DNA of 56,175 nucleotides from an uncultured Bacilli bacterium (GTDB taxonomy: Bacteria; Bacillota_I; Bacilli_A; RF39; UBA660), in contig CALVQX010000029.1 in the NCBI GenBank assembly GCA_944358405.1, positions 1 through 56,175 on the forward strand, written 5' to 3'. Positions 19,865 to 28,943 of the stretch are shown piece by piece (the first letter of the stretch is position 1; each line of letters opens with the position of its first letter). The notes below the pieces were generated by a model. It was not told the origin of the DNA, did no database searches, and saw only the letters and a list, made by a program, of their open reading frames with translations. Both the position numbers and the translations under genes were made by a program.

Positions 19865-21262
19865 ATGACGATTCAAGAAAAGATCACAAAGAAAATTGGA
19901 CCATCTAAGGATTATATACAAAAAAATATTGTCATTGATAAAGTGTCCGTTTATTTAGTATTTAATGAAACTTTGACCAATGGATTGGGAATTGATGATT
20001 TTATTCTAAAAAGTCTTCTTCAGTTGAGAAAAAAAGAGTTAAATAATCTTCCAAATGTTCTTCCTAATACGAATATTAAAGAAATAAAAGAAGAGGAAAT
20101 TTTAGACTATGTTAATCAAGGATTTTTAGTTATTGTAACAAACAAGATTTATGCTAGTGAATTTAGAGCAGTTCTAGATCGCGGAATTACAACAATTGAA
20201 AGCGAATTATCTATTACTGGACCAAAGGATAGTTTTTCCGAGAATTTTAATACAAACTTAGGCCTTATCAGAAGAAGAATTAAGTCTTGTGATCTTTATT
20301 GCGAGGATATGGAAATTGGACGTAGTAGCAAAACAAAAGTTGGTATTCTTTATATGAATCATATTGCACAAAAAGAACTACCTAAAAGAGTGAAGGAAGT
20401 ATTAAGTGAAATTGATATTGATGGGATTATTGACTCTAGTTATTTAAAAATTACTTTAGAAGAAAATAAAAGTTATTTTCCCACTGTCATGATGAGTGAG
20501 CGTCCTGATAAAAGTGCTATGGCTTTGTTGGAAGGAAAAGTAGTAATTCTTGTAGATATGAGCCCCTATGCTTTAATTTTACCAACTTTCTTTATTGATT
20601 TTTTTCATACTGTAGACGATTACTATCAAAAACCTTTCAATACCTCTTTTATTCGAATCATTCGTCTATTTGCTTTTATTATTGCTATTTTTACTCCGGC
20701 AATTTACATTGCAGTAACAACGAGAAATTATGATTTGGTTCCCTTAGATCTTCTTTTTGTATTAAAAGCCGGAAGAACCTTTGTGCCTTTCCCTGCTTAT
20801 ATCGAAGCACTATTTATGATTGTTTGTTTTGAGATCTTAAAGGAATCTGATTTACGAATGTCTTCTACTTCTGGCTCTGCAGTTTCTATTTTAGGTGGAT
20901 TAATTTTAGGAGATGCCGCAGTAAGCGCTGGTATTGTTTCTCCTATCATGATCATCGTCATTGCCATTTCTTCGATTGCTGGCCTTATTTTTACGTCTAT
21001 TGAATTAGTTAATGCCTTGCGGATCTATAAAATCGGATTGTTGCTTTTAGGAACATTTTTTGGTATCTATGGAGTGGTAGCTGGTGGAATTTATTTGTTC
21101 TATCGTCTATTTACTTTAAAATTATTTGGCATTCCTTATTTTTCCCCGTTTGTACCATTAGAAAAAAATGAGCTTCATGATTCTCTGATAAAAAAAGAAG
21201 AACCTATTAAGAAGAGAAATTCTATTCTTACAAAAAATATAACGAGAGGAAGATATCGATGA
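19865..21262 (+). CDS. GerA-family spore germination protein (A-subunit type)
   Basis: 465 aa; MMSERPDKSAMALLEGKVVILVDMSPYALILP core and C-terminal TM bundle typical of GerAA/SpoVAF-type proteins. Confidence 0.85.
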   Translation: MTIQEKITKKIGPSKDYIQKNIVIDKVSVYLVFNETLTNGLGIDDFILKSLLQLRKKELNNLPNVLPNTNIKEIKEEEILDYVNQGFLVIVTNKIYASEFRAVLDRGITTIESELSITGPKDSFSENFNTNLGLIRRRIKSCDLYCEDMEIGRSSKTKVGILYMNHIAQKELPKRVKEVLSEIDIDGIIDSSYLKITLEENKSYFPTVMMSERPDKSAMALLEGKVVILVDMSPYALILPTFFIDFFHTVDDYYQKPFNTSFIRIIRLFAFIIAIFTPAIYIAVTTRNYDLVPLDLLFVLKAGRTFVPFPAYIEALFMIVCFEILKESDLRMSSTSGSAVSILGGLILGDAAVSAGIVSPIMIIVIAISSIAGLIFTSIELVNALRIYKIGLLLLGTFFGIYGVVAGGIYLFYRLFTLKLFGIPYFSPFVPLEKNELHDSLIKKEEPIKKRNSILTKNITRGRYR

Positions 21263-21660
21263 AAAGAATAATCTTATTGATTGTATTTATTATAGGTGTT
21301 TTTCTACTTCCGATTCCTTCTTATGTTGAGTTAAATAATTTAGCAATTATCGAAGGAATTGGTGTAGAATATGAAAATGATGCATATTCCGTTTATCTAA
21401 AGGAGATTATTCCAATGCGACAAGAGCAAGGCATAGAATATGAATATCATTACTATGAAGGAACTTCTTCTTCTGTTTCGAAGGCTCTTTTAAAAATTCA
21501 GGAAAAAGAAAAAAAGAAACTATACCTCAAAAGAAGTAAGTTTCTTGTTACAAATGTTACAGATAGCTTTTCTGTTTTAAAAGAGTTAGATATATCCCTT
21601 TCTACCATCTATCATCCACAAACAGATGTTTTTAAAAAATTAAAAGAAACTAAGTCCTAG
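21259..21660 (+). CDS. small membrane-anchored protein resembling only the N-terminal part of Ger(x)C germination lipoproteins
   Basis: 133 aa; 4-nt start/stop overlap with the GerA gene; LNNLAIIEGIGVE resembles the GerxC N-terminal motif, but there is no lipobox Cys and the length is about one third of normal. Confidence 0.4.
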   Translation: MKRIILLIVFIIGVFLLPIPSYVELNNLAIIEGIGVEYENDAYSVYLKEIIPMRQEQGIEYEYHYYEGTSSSVSKALLKIQEKEKKKLYLKRSKFLVTNVTDSFSVLKELDISLSTIYHPQTDVFKKLKETKS

Positions 21661-22183
21661 TGCTTTGGCAGGCATATCCTTGTGTTGCATAAAAACTTTC
21701 TTGTTCTGTTAATCCCTGTAGATAATTTAATAGATCTAAGATCTCTTTATTATTATCAATATCTTTACTAGTAATTGTAACTGTTATCTCTGTTGCTTCT
21801 GTTTTTATTGATAAGTTTGGCACAGATTGAAATAAAGCAAGTTCTGCTGCAACAGTTGTCCCTATCGTTTGTTCTTCTCCTGTTTGTTCTACTTGTGTTA
21901 GTTCTTCTGGTGTTAGTTTACGATAAATAATTATATTTTTTGTTGCTTCTTCATTGGAATAAGTAACTTCACTTGTAATTTGATATTGCTCTATCATATT
22001 AATTTTCGTACAATTTAAAACTGTCGTCTCCATGATATCATTTTGCTCTTCTCTATTTCTTGTACTGCTTGCCTCCGTTTTTGGATATACTAGTCTAAGT
22101 ATTGGTGGAACAATGATAAAAATAGATAAAAACAAAATCGTAATAATAACCAATACTGTACTTTTTTCTTTTTTTTCTTTCAT
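21650..22183 (-). CDS. hypothetical N-terminally anchored protein
   Basis: 177 aa; good SD (GAAGGAG), one N-terminal TM segment, Thr/Glu-rich external part; no recognisable family. Confidence 0.5.
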   Translation of the reverse strand: MKEKKEKSTVLVIITILFLSIFIIVPPILRLVYPKTEASSTRNREEQNDIMETTVLNCTKINMIEQYQITSEVTYSNEEATKNIIIYRKLTPEELTQVEQTGEEQTIGTTVAAELALFQSVPNLSIKTEATEITVTITSKDIDNNKEILDLLNYLQGLTEQESFYATQGYACQSTRT

Positions 22184-22242
22184 TTCTATCTCCTTCTATT
22201 CTCTCTAGTATAAGGTTATCACATTCTATTTACTTTTTCAAA

Positions 22243-22857
22243 TTATTTTATTATAATTCCCAATAAAGTTGACAAACTAAGAGCTTGTTCTAGGGATACT
22301 TGCAAGCCTTTTAGATTGTTTATTTCTACTTTAATCTGTGTAATATTACATTTTGAAACATCCAATCCTTGAAGTTTGGTGTGATACCATTCTGTTTCTG
22401 ACAAATCATCCTCTTCTAAAAAAAGATTTTTCCATTTGACATTGGAAAAGGTACTTTCTTTTAGATTACAGCCTTTAAATCGTACGTTTTTTAAATGGGT
22501 AGTGGAAAAATTACTATAACTTAAATTGCAGTCTAAAAACTCTACATTTTCTAAATATCCATCTGTAAAATCGACCCCTACCAAAGTACAATTTTTAATA
22601 TAAACTCTTTGAAGTGAACGATTATGAAAACTTTGATTAGATAAATTGCAACAGTCTAATTCGCAATCTGTAAGATCTAGTCCTTGAAGTGTTGCATCTT
22701 GAAAATTGCAAGAAATAAATTTGGAGTGATATACTTCTGTATAATCATAATACCCAGAGAAAATAGACTCTTGGTATTTTTTATGTTCTGTGATTTCTTC
22801 TAACTCCTTTGCTTCGATTAATTCTTCTGGGAATATGGGTGATAGTAACTCTTTCAT
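22243..22857 (-). CDS. pentapeptide-repeat protein
   Basis: 204 aa; tandem A(D/N)LxX-type pentapeptides (LQGLDLTDCELDCCNLSNQSF..., NVEFLDCNLSYSNFSTTHLKNVRFKGCNL). Confidence 0.8.
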   Translation of the reverse strand: MKELLSPIFPEELIEAKELEEITEHKKYQESIFSGYYDYTEVYHSKFISCNFQDATLQGLDLTDCELDCCNLSNQSFHNRSLQRVYIKNCTLVGVDFTDGYLENVEFLDCNLSYSNFSTTHLKNVRFKGCNLKESTFSNVKWKNLFLEEDDLSETEWYHTKLQGLDVSKCNITQIKVEINNLKGLQVSLEQALSLSTLLGIIIK

Positions 22858-22859
22858 TC

Positions 22860-23450
22860 TTATCCTTCTTTCTTATATACGCTCATTCCTTGTTCTATTC
22901 GTCTACACTTTTTCCCATTACAATACGTTTTCTTAAAAGTAATTGGAACTCCTTCATCGTGATAAAAATTGGCTCCTTTTTGCACTTGAAAATGAATATG
23001 GGGTCCTTGGGTATTACCACTATTTCCTACTTTACCGATTTTTTCTCCGGCAGTTACTAATTGTCCTACTTTTACTAATGCTGAATTTTTCTCTAAATGG
23101 CATACTGTACTATATTCTCCGCCTCTATGTTTTATGGTAATGTAATTTCCTCTGGAATCTTCGATATCACAACAAACGGGTCTTTCATTATAAATTTTGG
23201 TATTTTCATAAGAATCTTCTACGTCTATTACGAAACCATCGCAGGGACATAACACATCTTGTAAATAGCTATAGTAATTTTCTATTTTGTGATAATCTCC
23301 ATGATAAGGAAGATTATCTTTTCTAATTTCTAAATCGTAGGCATATCTTTGGGAAGAAATATTCCAAGAATGAGAAGTCTCTTTGGTATTGCCACCATAT
23401 TCTACATACCAGATACCAAAGCATGGAAGAAGATATTTATTTTTACTCAT
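22860..23450 (-). CDS. M23/LytM-type metallopeptidase-fold protein without signal peptide
   Basis: 196 aa; GNSGNTQGPHIHFQV (HxH motif) and GEKIGKVG loop; no N-terminal signal or TM segment. Confidence 0.7.
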   Translation of the reverse strand: MSKNKYLLPCFGIWYVEYGGNTKETSHSWNISSQRYAYDLEIRKDNLPYHGDYHKIENYYSYLQDVLCPCDGFVIDVEDSYENTKIYNERPVCCDIEDSRGNYITIKHRGGEYSTVCHLEKNSALVKVGQLVTAGEKIGKVGNSGNTQGPHIHFQVQKGANFYHDEGVPITFKKTYCNGKKCRRIEQGMSVYKKEG

Positions 23451-23685
23451 ACTTATCCTTTTCTTTGGCTAGTCCTTTTAATCTTGCTAGTTTTTCTTCT
23501 ATTCTTTTTCTTCTTCTTTGTTCTTCATCTTTATCCATTATATATTTTTCTCCTTGTTTTATGATAATGGCTCCTTCGTGAATTTCTGAAGGAAGAATAG
23601 AGGTAGAAAGTTGAATTTTTTCTTTTGTTTCGATGGACTCACAAACTGCTATATTTTCTTCGATTCGATCGATTGCATATTTCAT
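23443..23685 (-). CDS. DUF3006-family small protein
   Basis: 80 aa; MKYAIDRIEENIAVCES N-terminus typical of DUF3006; sits directly after an MBL-fold gene, as this family usually does. Confidence 0.65.
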   Translation of the reverse strand: MKYAIDRIEENIAVCESIETKEKIQLSTSILPSEIHEGAIIIKQGEKYIMDKDEEQRRRKRIEEKLARLKGLAKEKDKYE

Positions 23686-23693
23686 TTTATCAC

Positions 23694-24605
23694 CTACCCA
23701 TTTGTATTTGTTTGAATCATATCAAACGTTAAAGTCGTCTGATCCATTGTTGCAACAATCGTTCCCATTTCATCGGTTCGGTAGATTTTAGCTCCAGAAT
23801 TTTTGATTCTGTTTAATGTTGCCTCTTTAGGATGATCATATGAATTATTCTTGCCTACTGAAATAATCACATATTGTGGTTTTACTTGTTCTAGGAATTG
23901 AGACGTGGTAGAATACTGAGAACCATGGTGTCCTACTTTTAATACTTCACTAGATAGATCTTTCTTTATTATTTTCTCTTCTACTTTACTTGTGGCATCT
24001 CCCATAAACAAGAAACTATGATTTCCATATAACATTCGTAAAACAATCGAGGTATCGTTTAAATCGCTTGCATCATCACCAACATATAATACTTGAAACT
24101 TACAGTCTCCAAAACTAAAAGTTCCATCTATCTCTGGAGTTTGAAAAGCTACGCTTCGATCATCTAAGGCATCTAAAACATCTTCGAAGGTCTTGGTGGT
24201 AGTAATCGCATCAGGCATATAAAATGTAGTAATGGCAAAGTTTTCGATGATATCATCCATTCCGCCAATATGATCCTCATGGGCATGCGTTCCGATGACA
24301 AAGTCAAATGTTTCAATATTTAAGCTTTTAAAATAATTGACTAATAAGGGACCATCTTCATTATTTCCAGCATCGATTAGCATATATTTTCCTTGATTCT
24401 CAAGCAAAATCGAATCGGCTTGGCCTACATCTAAAAAATAAACTTTTACCGTACTTTGATTATCTAAATTGATGGTTTGTTCTACTTCTCTATTTTGTAC
24501 GGGACTATTCTCCTTGAAAATTTCTTCTATATCCTTCATATAAATAGCACCTATTGCTATTAATAAAAGGGAGAAAAAGGAGATTACTTTCTTTTTTCGT
24601 TTCAT
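23694..24605 (-). CDS. secreted/anchored MBL-fold metallo-hydrolase (ComEC C-terminal-domain-like)
   Basis: 303 aa; N-terminal TM/signal, HAHEDHIGG metal-binding motif, GHHGS later. Confidence 0.8.
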   Translation of the reverse strand: MKRKKKVISFFSLLLIAIGAIYMKDIEEIFKENSPVQNREVEQTINLDNQSTVKVYFLDVGQADSILLENQGKYMLIDAGNNEDGPLLVNYFKSLNIETFDFVIGTHAHEDHIGGMDDIIENFAITTFYMPDAITTTKTFEDVLDALDDRSVAFQTPEIDGTFSFGDCKFQVLYVGDDASDLNDTSIVLRMLYGNHSFLFMGDATSKVEEKIIKKDLSSEVLKVGHHGSQYSTTSQFLEQVKPQYVIISVGKNNSYDHPKEATLNRIKNSGAKIYRTDEMGTIVATMDQTTLTFDMIQTNTNG

Positions 24606-24656
24606 CCTACACCTCTTTATCTTCTTTTATTTTATCATAAATTAAAGTTAAAATAA

Positions 24657-24690
24657 AAGACTTCTAATTTACTTTACGAAAAGAAGTCTT
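24657..24690 (-). terminator. putative intrinsic terminator
   Basis: 9-bp stem AAGACTTCT/AGAAGTCTT with 16-nt loop, T-rich tail on the minus strand. Confidence 0.4.
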
Positions 24691-24714
24691 ATTCTATGTC
24701 GAATTTTAAGTTTT

Positions 24715-25158
24715 TTATCGGACAACAAATCGATCGATTTCTGCTCTATCCTCAATTAATTCCACTATTTTAGAGGGAAGCATCGCATAGTCTTTTATTT
24801 CTTTTAATAGAATCCATCGATAAAGCGTTTTATTATTTTCCCACTGTAGCGAAGTAATTTCTTCTTCATAAACTCCTTTATAAACTACTAGCATATGGTG
24901 TCGCCTTTTATTTTTTTCTTGTATTTTCGTATCGATCGCTCCGATATATGTTATTTTTATCGCCATCCAAGGAAACTCTTCCTTTATTTTTTTTCTTATC
25001 ACTTCTTCACTGTTATCAAAAAAAGATACTTTAGTATAAGGTAAAGTCCAAAATTTCTCATTTGGTAGTTTTTGCAGAAGAATTTTATTTTTCTCCCTAT
25101 TATAAATTAAAGCAGCAGAATCAAAGATAAAATAGTTTTTCTTTCTTCTTTTTTTCAT
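24715..25158 (-). CDS. hypothetical protein, possibly a degenerate NUDIX fold
   Basis: start moved to ATG 25158 (AGGTGA SD; ORF-track start 25194 is a TTG); KKIKEEFP is only a weak echo of the REUxEExG NUDIX box. Confidence 0.4.
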   Translation of the reverse strand: MKKRRKKNYFIFDSAALIYNREKNKILLQKLPNEKFWTLPYTKVSFFDNSEEVIRKKIKEEFPWMAIKITYIGAIDTKIQEKNKRRHHMLVVYKGVYEEEITSLQWENNKTLYRWILLKEIKDYAMLPSKIVELIEDRAEIDRFVVR

Positions 25159-25249
25159 AGGATCACCTAAATTTAGTTTACCATATTTTTTCAAAAGAAA
25201 CTATTATGTATTTTTAGTTTAAAAGTGATAGGTTATACTAGAACAAAAG

Positions 25250-25556
25250 AATTAAGTAAACTTAATTTTCCTTGGTCGTCACCTTCCAAGCCTCCTGCTT
25301 CACTGACTAAGTAACCTTACTTCTCCACAGGCTTAACAAAAGGTAGTCGCTACCGTAGTTTTTCTTTTGCCTTTTACTTTTTCTATTTTAATTCTATCAT
25401 ATACTTCTTTAACCCTTCAAACATAATATTATAACTGGCATTATAATCTCTATCATGATTACTTCCACATTCTGGACATACCCACCTTCTAACACTTAAG
25501 TCTTTTACTTTCTCTAAATAATGATTAAATGCAAATCTAGTACAACCAAATTTCTT
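25250..25556 (-). mobile_element. decayed 3' end of an IS200/IS605-family element (TnpB C-terminal fragment plus right-end / omega-RNA-like region)
   Basis: see the pseudogene entry; the 3' flank shares ordered sequence blocks with the right end of the IS200 copy at 55.5 kb. Confidence 0.6.
25383..25556 (-). pseudogene. tnpB: TnpB (IS605 OrfB) C-terminal zinc-ribbon fragment, last 57 codons only
   Basis: minus-strand translation KKFGCTRFAFNHYLEKVKDLSVRRWVCPECGSNHDRDYNASYNIMFEGLKKYMIELK-stop; CPxCG-x2-HDRDxNAxxNI is the TnpB C-terminal signature; an in-frame TAA lies immediately upstream. Confidence 0.75.
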
Positions 25557-25625
25557 TTATCAAATTTTCAAATTTGCATTTTAGAGAAACAATTCCTTAT
25601 GAACAAAGAAAAACTGTAAAAATTA

Positions 25626-26723
25626 TTACAGTTTTGTTATATTTTGCTCTTCTTTATTTCTTCTAATGGTACTTTGATAAGATGTTTTTAGGAGTTGATC
25701 GTAAAACATTTTTTTATTTTTTAATACTAGGAGCAGGTTGATATTGTAAAATAAGAGAACAAGAAGAAAAAGAAGTAGATAAAAGAAAGGTTCTTCTCCA
25801 CCTATGATACTTGCTATTTTTAAAAAATAGTGTGGGAGTAGGAAATAATAACTAAAAACAAATATGGCACGCAAGAATAGTTTCATTAGTTTCTTAGAAG
25901 AGATATCTAGACGCACATTTAAAAATTTTCCTCCTAAAGTAGATCCTTTCCAAAGATATGGTAAAAGAACGAAGTATATACCAAAACTAATTAGAAAGGG
26001 ATGTTTCTTTCCTACTTTCTTGCAAAGAAGGTAAAAGATAAGATATAGTATAATATCTAGAAAAAATAGAGTGACTCTTCTTAGTCCTGAGACTTTCTCT
26101 CCTCTTTCATATGACCATTGATCTAAAGTTTCTCTAGTCGGAAAAAAACGAGCCAGTTGCTTCATGATAACAAAGCCTATCATTCCGCCAGTTGTGTTTA
26201 ATATTAGATCATCTACATCGAAAAGACGATATGGTCTAGGATAGATAAAATATAGACCGCTAAGTTGTGTCAGTTCAAAAAATAGGCTTAATAAGAAACT
26301 ATACCATAGTGTTTTTTTCCAAGAAGTATTTAGGTAATAACGAAGAAACATTCCAAAAGGGATAAACAGAAGAATATTAAATACTACAATATAAACCGAT
26401 GGTTCTGTAATAGTCTTTAGATAAGTCGTAGGATCTGTAAGCTTCAAAGGGCTTTCCCGGATGATATCCAGTACAAAGGAAAAAGGAATTAGTCTAGACA
26501 TCCATTTTGGATTTTGTAAAACACTCTCTCTGCTAGGTAATGGCAAGATTACTAAGAAATAGGCACATAGCAAATACAAGACAAATAGATAGATAATCAT
26601 AACTCGTAGAGGATGAATCGAACCATACTTATGATATTGCCACAAGATAAAAGGAATGGTAATTAGAATGGCGATGATCGGAAAGATGAAAATGGCGGTT
26701 TTAATTGAAATTAGATAATTCAT
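25626..26723 (-). CDS. VanZ-family membrane protein with additional C-terminal TM (RDD-like) region
   Basis: 365 aa; VanZ-type core (NILLFIPFGMF, DVDDLILNTTGGMIGF) followed by 3-4 more TM segments. Confidence 0.7.
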   Translation of the reverse strand: MNYLISIKTAIFIFPIIAILITIPFILWQYHKYGSIHPLRVMIIYLFVLYLLCAYFLVILPLPSRESVLQNPKWMSRLIPFSFVLDIIRESPLKLTDPTTYLKTITEPSVYIVVFNILLFIPFGMFLRYYLNTSWKKTLWYSFLLSLFFELTQLSGLYFIYPRPYRLFDVDDLILNTTGGMIGFVIMKQLARFFPTRETLDQWSYERGEKVSGLRRVTLFFLDIILYLIFYLLCKKVGKKHPFLISFGIYFVLLPYLWKGSTLGGKFLNVRLDISSKKLMKLFLRAIFVFSYYFLLPHYFLKIASIIGGEEPFFYLLLFLLVLLFYNINLLLVLKNKKMFYDQLLKTSYQSTIRRNKEEQNITKL

Positions 26724-26739
26724 AAGAAGTTAAATCTTC

Positions 26740-26868
26740 TTACTTTTTTATTTTACTACGTATTGCAGCAATTAGAATAAAGATTAAAAATAGTGAAATT
26801 AAAGGAAAAAACATAAATAGAGAGTTATCTAATATCTGTTTTTCTATCCAATTTTCCAAAGGAGTCAT
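26740..26868 (-). CDS. possible 42-aa single-TM micropeptide between the permease and VanZ genes
   Basis: ATG 2 nt after the permease stop; MTPLENWIEKQILDNSLFMFFPLISLFLIFILIAAIRSKIKK; weak SD; not in the ORF track (too short). Confidence 0.3.
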   Translation of the reverse strand: MTPLENWIEKQILDNSLFMFFPLISLFLIFILIAAIRSKIKK

Positions 26869-26870
26869 CT

Positions 26871-28943
26871 TTATTTTTCCTTGATGATGTTTTTGCTACA
26901 ATAATAGGTTAATATGAAATAACCACCATAAATAACGATTAAAAAGATCGCTGTCATTCCTACGGATGCTAGCATTTTTTCTTCCCCAAATGTCTCTAGG
27001 ATAAAACTACAAAATTGAATTCCAAAGAAAGAGTGTATCATTGCTAGTATCAGAGGAAAAGCAAAGAAGATTGCAATTTGCCAAAATAAGGCTTTGTGAA
27101 TCATTTTTTCATCTGTTCCGATCTTTCTTAACATACAAAATCTCTCTTTATTATCTGTACTTTCTGATAATTCCTTTAATGCTAAAATGGCTGCACTAGA
27201 AATTAAGAAAATGATTCCTAAATAAAGTCCGATAAATGTTACTAAGGCACCTAGCCCAACACTTGCTTCATAGATAGAAAGTTTGGTATTTCCCCCTAAT
27301 AATACTTTTTCTTCCATTCCTTGATAGTCTGACTTGGTGAATATTTCTTCTATTTCTTGTTTTTCTTCCTCTGTTTCTGCTTTGTAGTTTGCAATTAAAA
27401 ATTCTTTTTCTATTTGACTACTGTCTTCTTTTATATCTATTGCAGTATCTGGTACAACTAGAATTCCAGCATTAATATGATTACTAGACATTTCAATAAA
27501 ACCGTCTTGACATTCTTGATATTTAGGATGATAATTTTTGCCGTCTATCGTAATGATCGTATTTTCTTTTAATCCTTCGTTTCTAAGTTTGACCATACTA
27601 TCTAGATCGGCAATTATCATATATTCGTCTTCTTTTAATTGATATGTTTTATTTCCATATAATTGAGCTACTTTATTATAATCACTCAATTTAACAATTA
27701 CTTCTGGGCTCTGATAATCTAGACTTGGATAGGTTTTTTTTGCTTGTTTTAGTGCTTTTCCTAGCGTAGATTCTAAGGTTAAATTCTCTTCTATATAGTA
27801 ATATAAATTTACTTGATCTGTTAAATATTCATCTTCTTGAATTCCTAACTTTTGTAAGGTTTCGTCAATGGTATCATAAGAGTCTTCTATTTGATCTGCA
27901 TTATATCCATAATCATTTGCAAATTCCATGGGAATATTTCTAGTTTTACTTAAGAGAATATCTACTGGTGCTAGTTCTTTTAAGTTTGCTGTCATAGAAT
28001 TTTTAATCGATAAGGAACTAGACAAAACGCAAATTGTAACAAAAAGCATTAGACAAATGATCGTCATAGAAAATACAGTCGTATTAATTTTACTACTTAC
28101 CTGACGTAATATAAAGCTATTTAATCCTTTATAATATACTTTCTTCATGGACATCACAAGCTTTAAAATTAAGCCAGATAAAGACCAGAAAATTAAGAAA
28201 GTTGTAACAGCCCCTATCGCCATAATTGTTAGAATCTCCCTTGGACTGGCTATGGAATTTACTCCAGATGTGACTTTATAGTAGGCATATCCTAATAGGA
28301 TGGATGATATAATAAAGATGATAATGCAAAGGAAAGAGTTCTTAATCTTTATTTTTTCTGATTTTTTACTAGAATAAATTAAATCGATTAATTTACACTT
28401 GCTAATTTGAATGGTATTAAAAATCATTACTAAAAGATACATGATTCCAAAGTAGATGAACGTTTTTATCATGGCATCTTCAGAAAAGACAAAGGTAAAA
28501 TTCGTCATGTCTGCTTCGAACATGTTCGCAACTAAGATACTCATTAGTTGTGAAAGTAAAACACCTAAGATCAAGCCAATTACCAAAGATAATAAACCAA
28601 TCAAAATGGTTTCAAAAAATAGAATTAGAGAGATTTTTCTTTTGCTCATCCCTAAGGTTAAATAAATTCCAAATTCCTTATTCCTTCTTTTAATTAAGAA
28701 TCTACTAGCATAGATGATTAGAAATCCTAAAATAAAAGAAACAAAGACGCTAACGCCTGATAACATATTCGTCATCAGTTCAATGATTTCTCTAGTAGAT
28801 GAAGTTACTTTCATCATTACCGTCTGACTTTCTATAGCATTAAACACATAGAAAATTGCTACTCCTAAGATAAGTGTAAAGAAATAGATGGCATAATCCT
28901 TCATACTCTTTTTGATATTTTTATAAGACAATTTAAAGAGCAT
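26871..28943 (-). CDS. BceB-type ABC permease (10 TM, FtsX domains, large external loop)
   Basis: 690 aa; two FtsX-like 4-TM bundles with a roughly 220-aa external domain; overlaps the ATPase gene by 11 nt. Confidence 0.85.
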   Translation of the reverse strand: MLFKLSYKNIKKSMKDYAIYFFTLILGVAIFYVFNAIESQTVMMKVTSSTREIIELMTNMLSGVSVFVSFILGFLIIYASRFLIKRRNKEFGIYLTLGMSKRKISLILFFETILIGLLSLVIGLILGVLLSQLMSILVANMFEADMTNFTFVFSEDAMIKTFIYFGIMYLLVMIFNTIQISKCKLIDLIYSSKKSEKIKIKNSFLCIIIFIISSILLGYAYYKVTSGVNSIASPREILTIMAIGAVTTFLIFWSLSGLILKLVMSMKKVYYKGLNSFILRQVSSKINTTVFSMTIICLMLFVTICVLSSSLSIKNSMTANLKELAPVDILLSKTRNIPMEFANDYGYNADQIEDSYDTIDETLQKLGIQEDEYLTDQVNLYYYIEENLTLESTLGKALKQAKKTYPSLDYQSPEVIVKLSDYNKVAQLYGNKTYQLKEDEYMIIADLDSMVKLRNEGLKENTIITIDGKNYHPKYQECQDGFIEMSSNHINAGILVVPDTAIDIKEDSSQIEKEFLIANYKAETEEEKQEIEEIFTKSDYQGMEEKVLLGGNTKLSIYEASVGLGALVTFIGLYLGIIFLISSAAILALKELSESTDNKERFCMLRKIGTDEKMIHKALFWQIAIFFAFPLILAMIHSFFGIQFCSFILETFGEEKMLASVGMTAIFLIVIYGGYFILTYYCSKNIIKEK

